In this document: positions 51,076 to 60,379 of the stretch, in pieces
Layout of the letters: every line of letters begins with the position of its first letter
Position numbering within the stretch: the first letter of the stretch is position 1
Source of the DNA: a virus
Taxonomy: Duplodnaviria > Caudoviricetes
Direction: 5' to 3' (one strand)
Length of the DNA stretch: 64,000 nt
IMG/VR virus record: IMGVR_UViG_3300032373_000001
Translations under genes and position numbers: made by a program
The notes under the pieces: generated by a model
Seen by the model: only the letters and a program-made list of their open reading frames with translations
Databases searched by the model: none
What the model was told of the DNA's origin: nothing

Positions 51076-52023
51076 CTACAGGGAAAAGTCTACGAAGCCG
51101 CCCTTAGAGCCCTCTGCCTCGGGGATCTCCGAAGGGCTGGGACCTCGGGAATTGCGCCGCTTCTGCCCCAGCCGCGCTTCACACGCCGACTGGAACTTAC
51201 AGTACTTGCAGGTCTTGGGGCTCGGGGTCGGCTCGAACTTTCGCTTTCGCATGCCGTTGCGGGCCTCGTTCGCCCGGACGGCAAGGCCGTGGATGTCTTC
51301 AGGATCAAACTCCACCCAGTGAACTCCCTCTTCCTCAAGGTCTTCCCCCGACTCTGGGTCTTTGGTGAGCATGCCCGCAGGGAAGCGATGCCACACGAAC
51401 CCCAATTTACCGGGGAGCTCTCGGTAGGTTCGCCAATAGGTCATGGCGTGCCAGCGCAGCTTGTCGGGATTGGCCCAACGCAGCTTGTACCGGGTGGAAG
51501 TGCCTTCAAGGATGATGGCGGGGGCCTTGTCAGAGCGAAGGAGGATGTCGGCGTAAGAGCCCACAGTCAGCCACTTGTTGAGCTGACCCAAGAGGTGAAC
51601 CTTGCTGCGGCTTTTCGATGTCAGGAGCCGGTGCCTCTTCATGGTCCGAACGTATCCCGCCGCCCCTTCCCTGACGACATCGAAAAGCTCTTGCGGGGAG
51701 CTTTTCGACGCTCGGACCGCGTGGGCGTTCTCGGGCTTGCGGAGGGCCTGGCGCCACTCACGCAGCGCAACCTTCTCCATGTTGGCGGTCAGCCTCTTGG
51801 GGTCCCGCCACAACTCGTTGTTGTAGAGTTGTGTCGTACAAGCGCGGATGACCTCCCCGATCAGGAGGCTCTCTCGGGGGTAAGGAGGCTCCGGGCGAGG
51901 TTTGGGCTGTCCGTAGCCTCCCCCGCAATCTACACCATCCCATCCATAGCCCCAGAGGAACATCTGCGGGCAGTGCTCGTAGGCTTCGAAGTGTTCGAAG
52001 TAGATTGCCGAATCTCGGTCCAT
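51076..52023 (-). CDS. PD-(D/E)xK nuclease-like protein (AddB/Cas4-like Cys pattern)
   Basis: YEHCPQ at the N-terminus and TCKYCKFQSAC at the C-terminus; GSYADIL; the expected DxK reads EGT. Confidence 0.65.
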   Translation of the reverse strand: MDRDSAIYFEHFEAYEHCPQMFLWGYGWDGVDCGGGYGQPKPRPEPPYPRESLLIGEVIRACTTQLYNNELWRDPKRLTANMEKVALREWRQALRKPENAHAVRASKSSPQELFDVVREGAAGYVRTMKRHRLLTSKSRSKVHLLGQLNKWLTVGSYADILLRSDKAPAIILEGTSTRYKLRWANPDKLRWHAMTYWRTYRELPGKLGFVWHRFPAGMLTKDPESGEDLEEEGVHWVEFDPEDIHGLAVRANEARNGMRKRKFEPTPSPKTCKYCKFQSACEARLGQKRRNSRGPSPSEIPEAEGSKGGFVDFSL

Positions 52024-52991
52024 TATTCCCCTGCTTCTTCGTAGTACCGAAGGGCGCGCTCGCGGACATCAACCAGCGTCTCATCGAGCTCCCGAATCTT
52101 GTCCTCGGGAGTACCCTCGGTCTGCTTCAAACCCTCCCGCAAGGAGGCTACGAAGCCGTCCATATTTACCTGACGCTCGACCTGAAGGCGGCGGCGATCC
52201 ACATCAAAGACCTCAGGAGCGGCTCGAACGGCAAGGCGGTGGGTAAGGGTCTCGATACCCTGGGGGGTGAACCGAAGGGCAACACACGCAGGTTGACGCT
52301 GCACCTCGTCTTGACTCAAGGAACCTCGGGTGAGGCTCCCCACGTTAACGAAGTGCTTCCCTTCGATGACCTCGACCCCCTGGTCCTTGTGCCAATGACC
52401 AAAGCAAAAGACGTCCGGAGCAGCATCGAGAAGGTCGTTATAGCGGACGATATCCTCCCCCTCGAACATGTTCCCGCCATGCCTTGAGGCAAGAACATGG
52501 GCGCAGCACACGAGGTAGTCCTCGTCCCTCTTCTCGAGGCTGAAGAAGCGGTCCATGTCGTAACGGTTGCCGTGGAAGGGGATGCCCACCACCCGCACCT
52601 TGACCCCACCCTCTATGAACACCACCTCGTGCTCGTCGTAGAGCCGCTTGAATATACCAGTGGAGTAGAGAACCCCCAGCGGCTGTTGCCCCAGGAACTG
52701 ATAGTTCCCATACACGCAGTCGTGGTTGCCCGGAACACAGTACACAGGGAAGGGGTACGCGGTGTGGTGATCCGCTACCATCCTCAGCGTCTCGTGGGTG
52801 TTCCGGCCTGGGCTCTTGATGTGGAAGAAGTCCCCGCCGTCCAAGATGGCCGAAGCACCCTCTCGGGCGGCAAAATCCCGGACTTGCCCCAGCTTGTCGA
52901 GGACCATAGCCCGCCAGTCATCAGTACGCGAGCTGGGACCGTGGTCCGCCATATGTACGTCTGTTCGCCATACCAGCGTAACCTTGGACAT
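52023..52991 (-). CDS. SbcD/Mre11-like metallophosphoesterase nuclease
   Basis: TDVH, GGDFFH, PGNHD, AH, FGHWH motifs. Confidence 0.85.
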   Translation of the reverse strand: MSKVTLVWRTDVHMADHGPSSRTDDWRAMVLDKLGQVRDFAAREGASAILDGGDFFHIKSPGRNTHETLRMVADHHTAYPFPVYCVPGNHDCVYGNYQFLGQQPLGVLYSTGIFKRLYDEHEVVFIEGGVKVRVVGIPFHGNRYDMDRFFSLEKRDEDYLVCCAHVLASRHGGNMFEGEDIVRYNDLLDAAPDVFCFGHWHKDQGVEVIEGKHFVNVGSLTRGSLSQDEVQRQPACVALRFTPQGIETLTHRLAVRAAPEVFDVDRRRLQVERQVNMDGFVASLREGLKQTEGTPEDKIRELDETLVDVRERALRYYEEAGE

Positions 52992-54215
52992 TTAGGGGCT
53001 CCCGAACAGGTCTAAGGCATCAAGGTCCGTAGACCTCTCAGAAGGGCCTGCCTTATTACCGTGAAGACGGGCCATCGCCAGGGGGAGATAGTCAGGGTTG
53101 AGGTCAACCCCGACATAATCGCAACCCTCAGAAAGCGCCACCATCCCCGTCGTCGCAGACCCGCTAAACGGATCCAATACCACCGGGCGGGACACCGGGG
53201 CATCGCACTTACAGGGAGGAGCCCAACCTCCGGGACAGCGCTTCTGGCCCAAGGCATTTCCCCCCGAACCGGACCCCTCCCGGACCCGCGCTCCCCCGTC
53301 CCCCCGACCCGGATCGCCCCCCACCTTCGCAGCGGTGGGGCGGAGTGCGCGGGACTGCAAAGCCCTCCCCCAAGGCTTCCCGCAAGAAGAACAGACACCC
53401 TTGGAGGAAGCACCGAGCAGGATCAAGGGGCGGACCAGCTCTGCGGGCCAGGTGGCGAAATGCGCCCCCCTGTAAGGCTTCGGGTTCACTTGAAACCCGA
53501 GCGGGTGCCCGTCGTCCGATAGAAGGACGGGCGAGTCCGCGTTCAAGACCTCCAGGGAATACTCCCAAGAGTCAGAGTTCCTCCAATTCCGCTTCCTGCC
53601 GTAACGCTGGCGGACCTCGAAGGGGTCATAGAAGTAACGCCCCCCCGAGTCAGGGTGAGCCAGGAGGAAGACGTACTCGGTGGCCGTCGTGGGTCGGTCC
53701 AAGACCGACTCAGGCATTGGATTCCGCTTCACCCACGGAGCGGCAGACCTCAGATACCAACCGTCCTGCTGTAAGGCGAAAGCCACCCTCCAAGGGGCAC
53801 CGACCAGGTCCTTCGGCTTCAACCCTTCAGGGGTCGGGGGTCGGGCCGAGTTCCGCTGACCGTTAGACCCCCTGTTGGACTGCTGCTTGAACCCCACGCG
53901 AGTACCGTGCCCCTGCCGGCCCCCCGAAGCGTAGGAATCTCCCAAGTTCAGCCAGAGAACCCCGTCCGAGCGGAGAACGCGACGAACCTCTCGGAACACC
54001 CCCACTAAAGCCTGAACGTAACCCTCCAAAGAGTCTTCCAGACCAATCTGGTCTTCGGTCGCACCGTAATCCCGCAACCCCCAATAGGGAGGGCTCGTGC
54101 TTACGAGATGCACGCTGTTCTCGGGCAATCCGCGGAGGGTGGCACGAGCGTCTTCCCCGTAGTAGAGTTCCGCCTTCCCGCCTTGGGGGGAATAGAATAC
54201 GTCAGGACTCCTCAA
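52992..54215 (-). CDS. Orphan DNA methyltransferase (N4-C/N6-A, beta class)
   Basis: TSPPYWGLRDY catalytic motif, HFATWP, VLDPFSGSATTG; probable TTG 54215 (TTGA overlap); no cognate endonuclease seen. Confidence 0.88.
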   Translation of the reverse strand: MRSPDVFYSPQGGKAELYYGEDARATLRGLPENSVHLVSTSPPYWGLRDYGATEDQIGLEDSLEGYVQALVGVFREVRRVLRSDGVLWLNLGDSYASGGRQGHGTRVGFKQQSNRGSNGQRNSARPPTPEGLKPKDLVGAPWRVAFALQQDGWYLRSAAPWVKRNPMPESVLDRPTTATEYVFLLAHPDSGGRYFYDPFEVRQRYGRKRNWRNSDSWEYSLEVLNADSPVLLSDDGHPLGFQVNPKPYRGAHFATWPAELVRPLILLGASSKGVCSSCGKPWGRALQSRALRPTAAKVGGDPGRGDGGARVREGSGSGGNALGQKRCPGGWAPPCKCDAPVSRPVVLDPFSGSATTGMVALSEGCDYVGVDLNPDYLPLAMARLHGNKAGPSERSTDLDALDLFGSP

Positions 54216-55531
54216 TGGACCGCCCCGCAGGTAGGACACTCACCGCGCTCCCCCAGCAGGGTGATGACTTCGGCCTTGACTTGAGCCAGCAGAAGGTCCA
54301 GGTGCTCCCTCTTGCTACCCAACTCCCGCTGACGTTCCAAGAGGGAGGAGCGGCGGTCGAGGGAAGCAGAGAGCTTCAAGATCCCCTTCTGGATGCGCTG
54401 CCCGCGGTCCCCCGAAGGCAGGGACACCGACTTGACCGAGGGCAACGCGCCCTGCTTCCGCAACGCCTCTTGCCTCCGACCGCTCAAGAGGCTCATCTGG
54501 CTCAGGAGCCGTACCAACGCGGGCAGCTTCGAAGGCTCCGCTACAGGAGGAGGGCAACCGGCCAAAAGCTGTTGCTTTTGGGCAGAGGTCTCATAGCGGG
54601 AACCTACTGCTCGGAGAGTCTTCCGCGAACGGGCCAACTTGACGACAGTCCCTGACTCAGGGACTGTCGTCCGGAAGCCCCGGAACCGAGCAGAGTCCTC
54701 CGATGCTCGAACCCAGCGGCGCTGGATCTGGTCGAGGCGGTGGATATCAGTCACGCGGGCCGGGGAGAGATGAGCATGCGACGGAACACGCCCCTCAAAC
54801 GCGCCCCAGTACTGGGCTTGGACTCGGGCCTCCCCCAAGCGCGCTTGGAGCGCGCGGAGCTTCTGCAGCTCCTGCTGCCTGGAGGCAAGGAAACTCCGGC
54901 AGCCCCTTAAAGAGTCGGACGCTTTTTGGAGATCCCCCAGACCCTCGAAGTACTCCAGGTCTTTGCTGAGAGTCCGCAGGTCTTTGCTGCGGACTCTCAG
55001 TTCTCCGTCCGTGGAGCGACGGTCCCTCTCGGTTAGGCGAAGGGCCTTGTTCAGCCTCCCCACCCGCTCTACGTCGCTAAGAGCCTCCGCTACGATCGCC
55101 CCCGACTTGTTCACCAGAAAGTAGTCACCCTCCTTCTGGCGGGCGATCTGGGGCCAGAGCTGTTGATTCCCTGCGGGGATGGAATCCACCCCCAAGGCAA
55201 GGACCTCTTTGGGTGCTCCGTGGCCTACAGACTCCAGCTTCACCCCGTTGAGCCAGTACTGATTGAGGGTTCCGCCCTTCTTGTGGGGCTTGGCCCAACC
55301 CTTCTCCCACTTGATGTGGGTGCCGTCGTCCAACCAGAGGTCGACGGTCAGGTGGGCGGTCCCATTACGGACCAGCGGGCCGGCAGTAGGGTTGGTGAAC
55401 ACCCCCCGCACGGCCCGCATCAGCGCACTCTTCCCGATGTTATTTGGGCCAGTGATGACCGTCAAACCTGAGAGGGTGACTTCCGCATCTTTGATAGATT
55501 GGAAGTTACGCACCCGAACTCGAACCGGCAT
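54212..55531 (-). CDS. SbcC/Rad50-like ATPase, N-terminal half ending at the zinc hook
   Basis: VRNFQS, Walker A GPNNIGKS, Q-loop QIARQ, long coil, terminal CPTC. Confidence 0.85.
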   Translation of the reverse strand: MPVRVRVRNFQSIKDAEVTLSGLTVITGPNNIGKSALMRAVRGVFTNPTAGPLVRNGTAHLTVDLWLDDGTHIKWEKGWAKPHKKGGTLNQYWLNGVKLESVGHGAPKEVLALGVDSIPAGNQQLWPQIARQKEGDYFLVNKSGAIVAEALSDVERVGRLNKALRLTERDRRSTDGELRVRSKDLRTLSKDLEYFEGLGDLQKASDSLRGCRSFLASRQQELQKLRALQARLGEARVQAQYWGAFEGRVPSHAHLSPARVTDIHRLDQIQRRWVRASEDSARFRGFRTTVPESGTVVKLARSRKTLRAVGSRYETSAQKQQLLAGCPPPVAEPSKLPALVRLLSQMSLLSGRRQEALRKQGALPSVKSVSLPSGDRGQRIQKGILKLSASLDRRSSLLERQRELGSKREHLDLLLAQVKAEVITLLGERGECPTCGAVH

Positions 55532-55550
55532 CAACGGCTCCTACGACGAA

Positions 55551-55566
55551 GATTACAGCCCTACAT
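55551..55566 (-). promoter_or_regulatory. Weak promoter-like motif ATGTAG-N6-AATC
   Basis: Intergenic, 20 nt upstream of the SbcC-N start; partial match only. Confidence 0.3.
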
Positions 55567-55570
55567 TACC

Positions 55571-56785
55571 CTACTTGTCGCCATCTTCGTCGAACATGCC
55601 GTCCAAGCCCTTCAGCTCCGCGCTGATCTCGTCATCCTCCTCCAGCGCCTCGTCCGAGAACTGCGCGGCGGCTCCCTGACCCAGGAGCGGTCGGACCGTA
55701 TCCCGGAGAGCATCCACCAACTCCGGGTTCTCCTTGAGGTGCTTGAGGAACTTCTCAGTCCCCTGAAGCATGAGGGACTTGCCCGGAGCACCTTCCCATT
55801 TGACCCAGGAGCCGGACTGCTTGATGATGCCATGAGCCTTGGCGATCTCCAGGAAGGAGCGGACATTGTCGATGCCCTCCCCCCAGCGGATGTAGAAGAT
55901 CTCCTCACGACCCTGGCTGCGGCTCATCTTGCACTTGATGGCGGTGACCTTGATGACACCACCGACCGTGCGCTCCTCGGTCTTGTGGGTCAGCTCGTTG
56001 AACTCCTTCGCCTTCTCGTTCTGGACACGACGGAGCTCCAGGCGAACCGAACTGTAGAACTTCCAGGCGTTGCCACCCTGCGGCTTGCTCTGCTTGCCCA
56101 TCCGGGCCATGGTGGCGCGGACCTGACTGATGCCGATGACCGCAGTGCCCGTCCGGGCAATGACACCCTTGAGCTTCGGCAGCTCCTGGGACCACACCGC
56201 CTGAAGCTCGCCGACCTTGCCCTGCTCAGCCGAGTCCAAGGCATCGCGCTCGGCCAGACGACGAGGCACCGCCGCACCGACCGAGTCGAAGACGATGACA
56301 TCGACGCCTGCGGTGGCATAAGCGATGGCGAACTTCACTCCGTCCTCGAGGGTCTCCGGCTGAAGCAGCTCGAAGCGGTCGGGGTCGGTGATCGGGATAC
56401 CCAAGCTGGCTGCGTAGTCTGGGACGATGTCGTTCTCCCAGTCGATGTAGACAGCGGTGCCCCCTGCGGCACAAACCGCAGCACAGCACTCCAGGGCCAG
56501 CGTGGTCTTACCAGCCGACTCGTGGCCCCAGATCTGGACGACGCGACCTCGCGGAAAGCCAGGGCAAGGGGGGACGCCGAAGGAGTTGGGCTCACCGCCG
56601 ATGAGGTAGTCGATCACCTCACACCCAGAAGTGAGGTGGGGGAGGCTCTGACGAAGGGCCTCCGGATCCAGCGCCACGCGGATGTCGGTGAACTTCTTCT
56701 TCAGCTTCTTTTCGAGGTAGCCGCGCGCTGCGGCCAGGGGGCTCTGCGCCCCGCTCAGGTCTTTTGAGGACTTAACGGTAGCCAT
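55571..56785 (-). CDS. recA: RecA recombinase
   Basis: GRVVQIWGHESAGKTTL, IVFDSVGA, GGNAWKFYSSVRLE; ATG 56785 (TGATG overlap). Confidence 0.93.
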   Translation of the reverse strand: MATVKSSKDLSGAQSPLAAARGYLEKKLKKKFTDIRVALDPEALRQSLPHLTSGCEVIDYLIGGEPNSFGVPPCPGFPRGRVVQIWGHESAGKTTLALECCAAVCAAGGTAVYIDWENDIVPDYAASLGIPITDPDRFELLQPETLEDGVKFAIAYATAGVDVIVFDSVGAAVPRRLAERDALDSAEQGKVGELQAVWSQELPKLKGVIARTGTAVIGISQVRATMARMGKQSKPQGGNAWKFYSSVRLELRRVQNEKAKEFNELTHKTEERTVGGVIKVTAIKCKMSRSQGREEIFYIRWGEGIDNVRSFLEIAKAHGIIKQSGSWVKWEGAPGKSLMLQGTEKFLKHLKENPELVDALRDTVRPLLGQGAAAQFSDEALEEDDEISAELKGLDGMFDEDGDK

Positions 56786-57435
56786 CAGGACTCCAGGTTG
56801 GACCAAAGGAAGAAACGGTCGTCTTCCCGGTAGATTGTGCCGCGCTTGACCGTCTTGCCAGCCTTCTTGCCGCGCGTAAACACCTTCACCTCAGTGAAGA
56901 ACTTCCGCTCGACGGGGGAGAGGTCGGCTTGGGAGAGGGTGCCATCGTATAGCTCCCAGAACCGAGCGCTCAGTCTGGCGCAATGGTATGCGTCGGCTTC
57001 GTTGTGGTTCCAGCGGCCAGGTCCTGCATCGACCTTGACTGCCTCGACCATGTCTTTCTTGTCCATCTTCCACCCCTTGGGGCGGTTGACGAGCTCTCTT
57101 GCGTGCGCCTTCAACTGGAGCGGGGTCCAGAAGACGACATCACATCGGGTCTGGCGGAGGGCCTCGCACGTGAACAGGAACAGGCCGTACATTCCTTCCG
57201 ACCACAAGTTCCCGAAGACTGGGAACTCAACACCCACGGCGTCGGGCCGAAGTTCTTCGACCAGCTCCACCAAGCGCTGGCGTTGCAGCATGTAGCGGGT
57301 GATGAATTCTTGCTTGGACGAGGTCTGGAACCGACCTCGTTGCTCGCACCGCCGAGGATCTCCTCCCGGCATGGAGGTGTCGTGCAGCGCCCAACCGTAG
57401 TTGGTCAGGGAAGGGTCTACGCCCAAGACTCTCAT
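56785..57435 (-). CDS. ruvC: RuvC-like Holliday junction resolvase
   Basis: VLGVDPSL, VGVEFP, DKKDMV, NEADA acidic active-site motifs. Confidence 0.8.
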   Translation of the reverse strand: MRVLGVDPSLTNYGWALHDTSMPGGDPRRCEQRGRFQTSSKQEFITRYMLQRQRLVELVEELRPDAVGVEFPVFGNLWSEGMYGLFLFTCEALRQTRCDVVFWTPLQLKAHARELVNRPKGWKMDKKDMVEAVKVDAGPGRWNHNEADAYHCARLSARFWELYDGTLSQADLSPVERKFFTEVKVFTRGKKAGKTVKRGTIYREDDRFFLWSNLES

Positions 57436-57451
57436 TCAAGCACTCCAACGG

Positions 57452-57509
57452 AAAAGGGGCCAGGAGAACGCACCCCCTGGCCCCGGCATCCCTCGCGGGT
57501 GAGGGATGC
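57452..57509 (-). terminator. Tandem hairpins ending in a U-tract (terminator)
   Basis: GCATCCCTC/GAGGGATGC (57486-57509), then GGGGCCAGG/CCTGGCCCC (57456-57484) followed by TTTT on the minus strand. Confidence 0.6.
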
Positions 57510-58298
57510 TCAGATCACGCCGTCCAGCATTCCATCGACGTCCGCAGCGATGTTCGCCGAGTTGTTGAGGGCGGTGGCGGGGTCCTTCCCATCACGCTTG
57601 GCGATGACCTCGGCCACAGTCATCTTCGTAGCCAGCTCGGCAGGAAGGCCGTCGACGATGGCCTTCACCTGGGAGAGGATCTTCCGAACGGTGGCCTTGG
57701 CCTGCGGCTTCTCGCTCGCCATGAGCGAGGCGAGAAGGTTGGCGGGGAGCTCGTCGCTCTCCTGCTCTGCGAGGAAGGTCAGCTTCTGGTACTCAGCACC
57801 GTTCTCCGGGCAGGAGAACAGCACGTCGTGCCGGCTGAGCGGGTTGCGCTTGTGGATCTTGGCGACCTGCTTGTACTTCTCGCTGTCGCCGTGGATCCAC
57901 GGGAGGACCTTCCAGCCCTTGCCCTTGGAGAACTTGTTCATGTCCAGGTCGCCCTCGTCGTTGGTCGGCCAGACGACAACGACGGTTGCAATGGCAGTCT
58001 TGGGCTTGCCGAACGTGTTGAACGCCGGACCATCGTGGAGAACGTAACCGGCCCCCTTGACGTAGTGGCGCTGGCAGCCGGTGAACCGGGGGACCGCCTT
58101 GGGGTTGAAGGTGCCGTCGGGCTGAATCAGGCCCTCTGTGGTCCAGGTAGGGTTGCCGTCATCGTCGGGCTCTCCGGGGATGCTGAACCAGGCGAAGGAG
58201 ATGCGGTCCGAGCAACCGTCCTTCGCACCGTACTTCTTCTCCTTGGTTCCGACGCCCTCGTCCTCAACGCCGATTCCGAAATCCATGAAGCCGTCCAT
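57510..58298 (-). CDS. Hypothetical protein, candidate single-stranded DNA-binding protein
   Basis: ATG 58298 with AAGGAGG; aromatic-rich beta core, acidic C-terminus; recA/ruvC context. SSB is inference. Confidence 0.4.
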   Translation of the reverse strand: MDGFMDFGIGVEDEGVGTKEKKYGAKDGCSDRISFAWFSIPGEPDDDGNPTWTTEGLIQPDGTFNPKAVPRFTGCQRHYVKGAGYVLHDGPAFNTFGKPKTAIATVVVVWPTNDEGDLDMNKFSKGKGWKVLPWIHGDSEKYKQVAKIHKRNPLSRHDVLFSCPENGAEYQKLTFLAEQESDELPANLLASLMASEKPQAKATVRKILSQVKAIVDGLPAELATKMTVAEVIAKRDGKDPATALNNSANIAADVDGMLDGVI

Positions 58299-58380
58299 GG
58301 CTTCCTCCTTGTGTTGTTGTGCGCCCGTGGGTGGTAGTGTTGGCGCAGAACCTATTACCCTAACCTTAGACTTGCCAAGC

Positions 58381-59352
58381 CTACGAGAACAGCCCATCAA
58401 GTGCGTTTGCGATGTTCTGTTCCTCGGCAGTCATCCCCGGCTCCTGAGTCAGGACACCGGTGAGAAGGTCATCCAAGAAATCAGCTTCTGCAGTGGAACC
58501 CTCGACAGCCTTCTTAGGCTGGGGTTCTGGCTCAGGCTCGGTTGCGACCGGGACCGGAGGCACTGACGGGACCGGAGGCACGTCTGAGACTGTAGTAGCC
58601 CCCAGATGACCGTTCTCACAGAGGGACCCGTCCGGGGTCTGGTGCTGAGGCTCACCGCAGACGCTACACAACCCCAAGTATGGGTAGGAATGCAGCGGAG
58701 GGGCTTCCTCCTGCACCTGCTCCGCCAGCATCTCTTGCTCGACCTCTTGGACGGTCTTCCCGGTCTCTCGGGTCCGCTTGAACAGCTCCGTCAGGGACGC
58801 CGGGCTCAGGCCCGCAGCGGTTGGGTCCTCGACCTTTCGGGGGGCTGGCTTGGAGCCCCATCGCTGGCCCAGGCCAATCTGCTCTTGGCAGAGCTTGAGC
58901 TGGTCCCGCAGGCGTCCCTGAGCGTCCTTGAGGTCGGCCTTCTTGGACTTGACCGCGCTCATGATCATCACCAGATCATCTCTGGTTGAGGCCAGTCTCG
59001 ACGCCAACTCAACTTGGGGGCGGAGCTGGTAGGTGGCAAGCGCTTCCTGCGTAGACTGGTTGCGGGCGGAACGGATCTCCACGTTGTTGGCATAGAGATC
59101 CATCTTCTCCAGGTCCAGGGTCAGCTCTGCCGTGCGGTGAGCTGCTTTGTACTGCTGGATGAGCGAAGAGATCTTGAGGTAGACTGCCTCGGTCTGACTC
59201 AAGAACCCGCGCGTGGCGGAGATCTTCTTGTTCAGCCTGCCGGGACCGTATCGAAGAGGGTCCGGATCAAGGAGCACCTCCATCGAGGTGAGCGCGGCAT
59301 ACAGCCTGTTGACCGCATCTTGAGAAACCTGGGGGAGGTCTTCAGCCTTCAT
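58381..59352 (-). CDS. Hypothetical coiled-coil protein with a zinc-finger-like motif
   Basis: 323 aa; CSVCGE...CENGH. Confidence 0.55.
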   Translation of the reverse strand: MKAEDLPQVSQDAVNRLYAALTSMEVLLDPDPLRYGPGRLNKKISATRGFLSQTEAVYLKISSLIQQYKAAHRTAELTLDLEKMDLYANNVEIRSARNQSTQEALATYQLRPQVELASRLASTRDDLVMIMSAVKSKKADLKDAQGRLRDQLKLCQEQIGLGQRWGSKPAPRKVEDPTAAGLSPASLTELFKRTRETGKTVQEVEQEMLAEQVQEEAPPLHSYPYLGLCSVCGEPQHQTPDGSLCENGHLGATTVSDVPPVPSVPPVPVATEPEPEPQPKKAVEGSTAEADFLDDLLTGVLTQEPGMTAEEQNIANALDGLFS

Positions 59353-59358
59353 GTTTCC

Positions 59359-60018
59359 TCACAGGGCTGGGTACAGCACCCGGAAGACATCTCGAACTTG
59401 TATGACATCTTCATAAAGGTGCTCGTATACACCTTCAGCATTACCTTCCAGATAGGCTTGGTAGACGCCCGAGCCCATGACGCCATCCTGCACGGGCAGT
59501 CCCAGGAGGCGGCAGATGGTGTCGAGCTTCTTGAGGCCAAACCCCTTGGGGTAGCCTCGGCTGGAGTCCGGCCACAGTTCCTGGGTGTCGAGGACACGCT
59601 TGTCCCAGGGCTTCTGGAGCGGGGAGCCCAGGAACTTTGCCAAGGCTGGCATCCCAGCCTTGAGCGCGCGGACCTGAAGGAAGGGGAGGTCAAAGCGCCT
59701 GATGTTGTGGCCGACGAACCAGGGGTTCCGGTAGTTCTGGACGTGCCTCCAGAACTCTTCCAGCACCAGCTTTTCCGAAGAGGGGGAACCATCGCCCCAA
59801 CAGAGGACAGGATCCCCAGGCCCGACTGCGAAGCCGATCATCCAGGTGCGACCCAGTGCAGGCCAGAGACTGGTGCTGCGGCGCACCTTGCCCTGGTCCT
59901 CGACCGTCAGGTCGCTCTTCGAAGCAAGGTGCTGCCAGAGGGTATCTTCCTCCTCGGCAGGCAGCGTCTCGATGTCGAGATAGAGGACGGTATCGTTGCG
60001 GGAAGGCTTGGTGCTCAT
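59359..60018 (-). CDS. Stand-alone 3'-5' exonuclease (DEDD, PolB-exo-like)
   Basis: LDIET, GHNIRRFDLPFL, LDT, HLYEDV. Confidence 0.8.
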   Translation of the reverse strand: MSTKPSRNDTVLYLDIETLPAEEEDTLWQHLASKSDLTVEDQGKVRRSTSLWPALGRTWMIGFAVGPGDPVLCWGDGSPSSEKLVLEEFWRHVQNYRNPWFVGHNIRRFDLPFLQVRALKAGMPALAKFLGSPLQKPWDKRVLDTQELWPDSSRGYPKGFGLKKLDTICRLLGLPVQDGVMGSGVYQAYLEGNAEGVYEHLYEDVIQVRDVFRVLYPAL

Positions 60019-60063
60019 GAGGGCCTCTAAGTCAGCTTAGAGGATACCCCCAAAGACTCAAAG

Positions 60064-60363
60064 TCACTCGAACACGGGAAATCTCGTCTCCGGGGAACCG
60101 CCCCCGGAGACGAGATTTCCCACCGCATCCTTGCGGGAACGAAAGCGAAAACCCCTCTTCTGGCTGTTGTACCACTTCCGGTCCATGCCCTGCCAGACCT
60201 TCCCGAGATTCTTGGGTCCTTGGTAGACCCAAATGATCCCGATAAGTCGGTCCGGGTCTCTCACCAGACGAACCGACTTATCGGATGCAGATTTGTCGGC
60301 CATGTTCTTCAGCTTCTCCAGCCCCCGCAGAAGCTTCTTCTCGGTGACGGAGGCCCTCTTCAC
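60064..60363 (-). CDS. Small hypothetical protein
   Basis: 99 aa; a partial promoter-like motif (GTATAG-N6-TATC, 60370-60385) lies just upstream. Confidence 0.5.
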   Translation of the reverse strand: MKRASVTEKKLLRGLEKLKNMADKSASDKSVRLVRDPDRLIGIIWVYQGPKNLGKVWQGMDRKWYNSQKRGFRFRSRKDAVGNLVSGGGSPETRFPVFE

Positions 60364-60379
60364 CTCAAGGATAGGCCCT

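Noticed and set aside
51076-52023. Cas4 as part of a CRISPR locus
   Set aside because: No repeat-spacer array or other cas genes seen; the context is recombination.
52992-54215. Restriction-modification system
   Set aside because: No cognate restriction endonuclease nearby; treated as an orphan protective methyltransferase.
58299-58380. sigma70-like promoter (TTGGCA...TAATAG) upstream of the SSB candidate
   Set aside because: Spacing is 15 nt and the match is poor; not distinguishable from chance.
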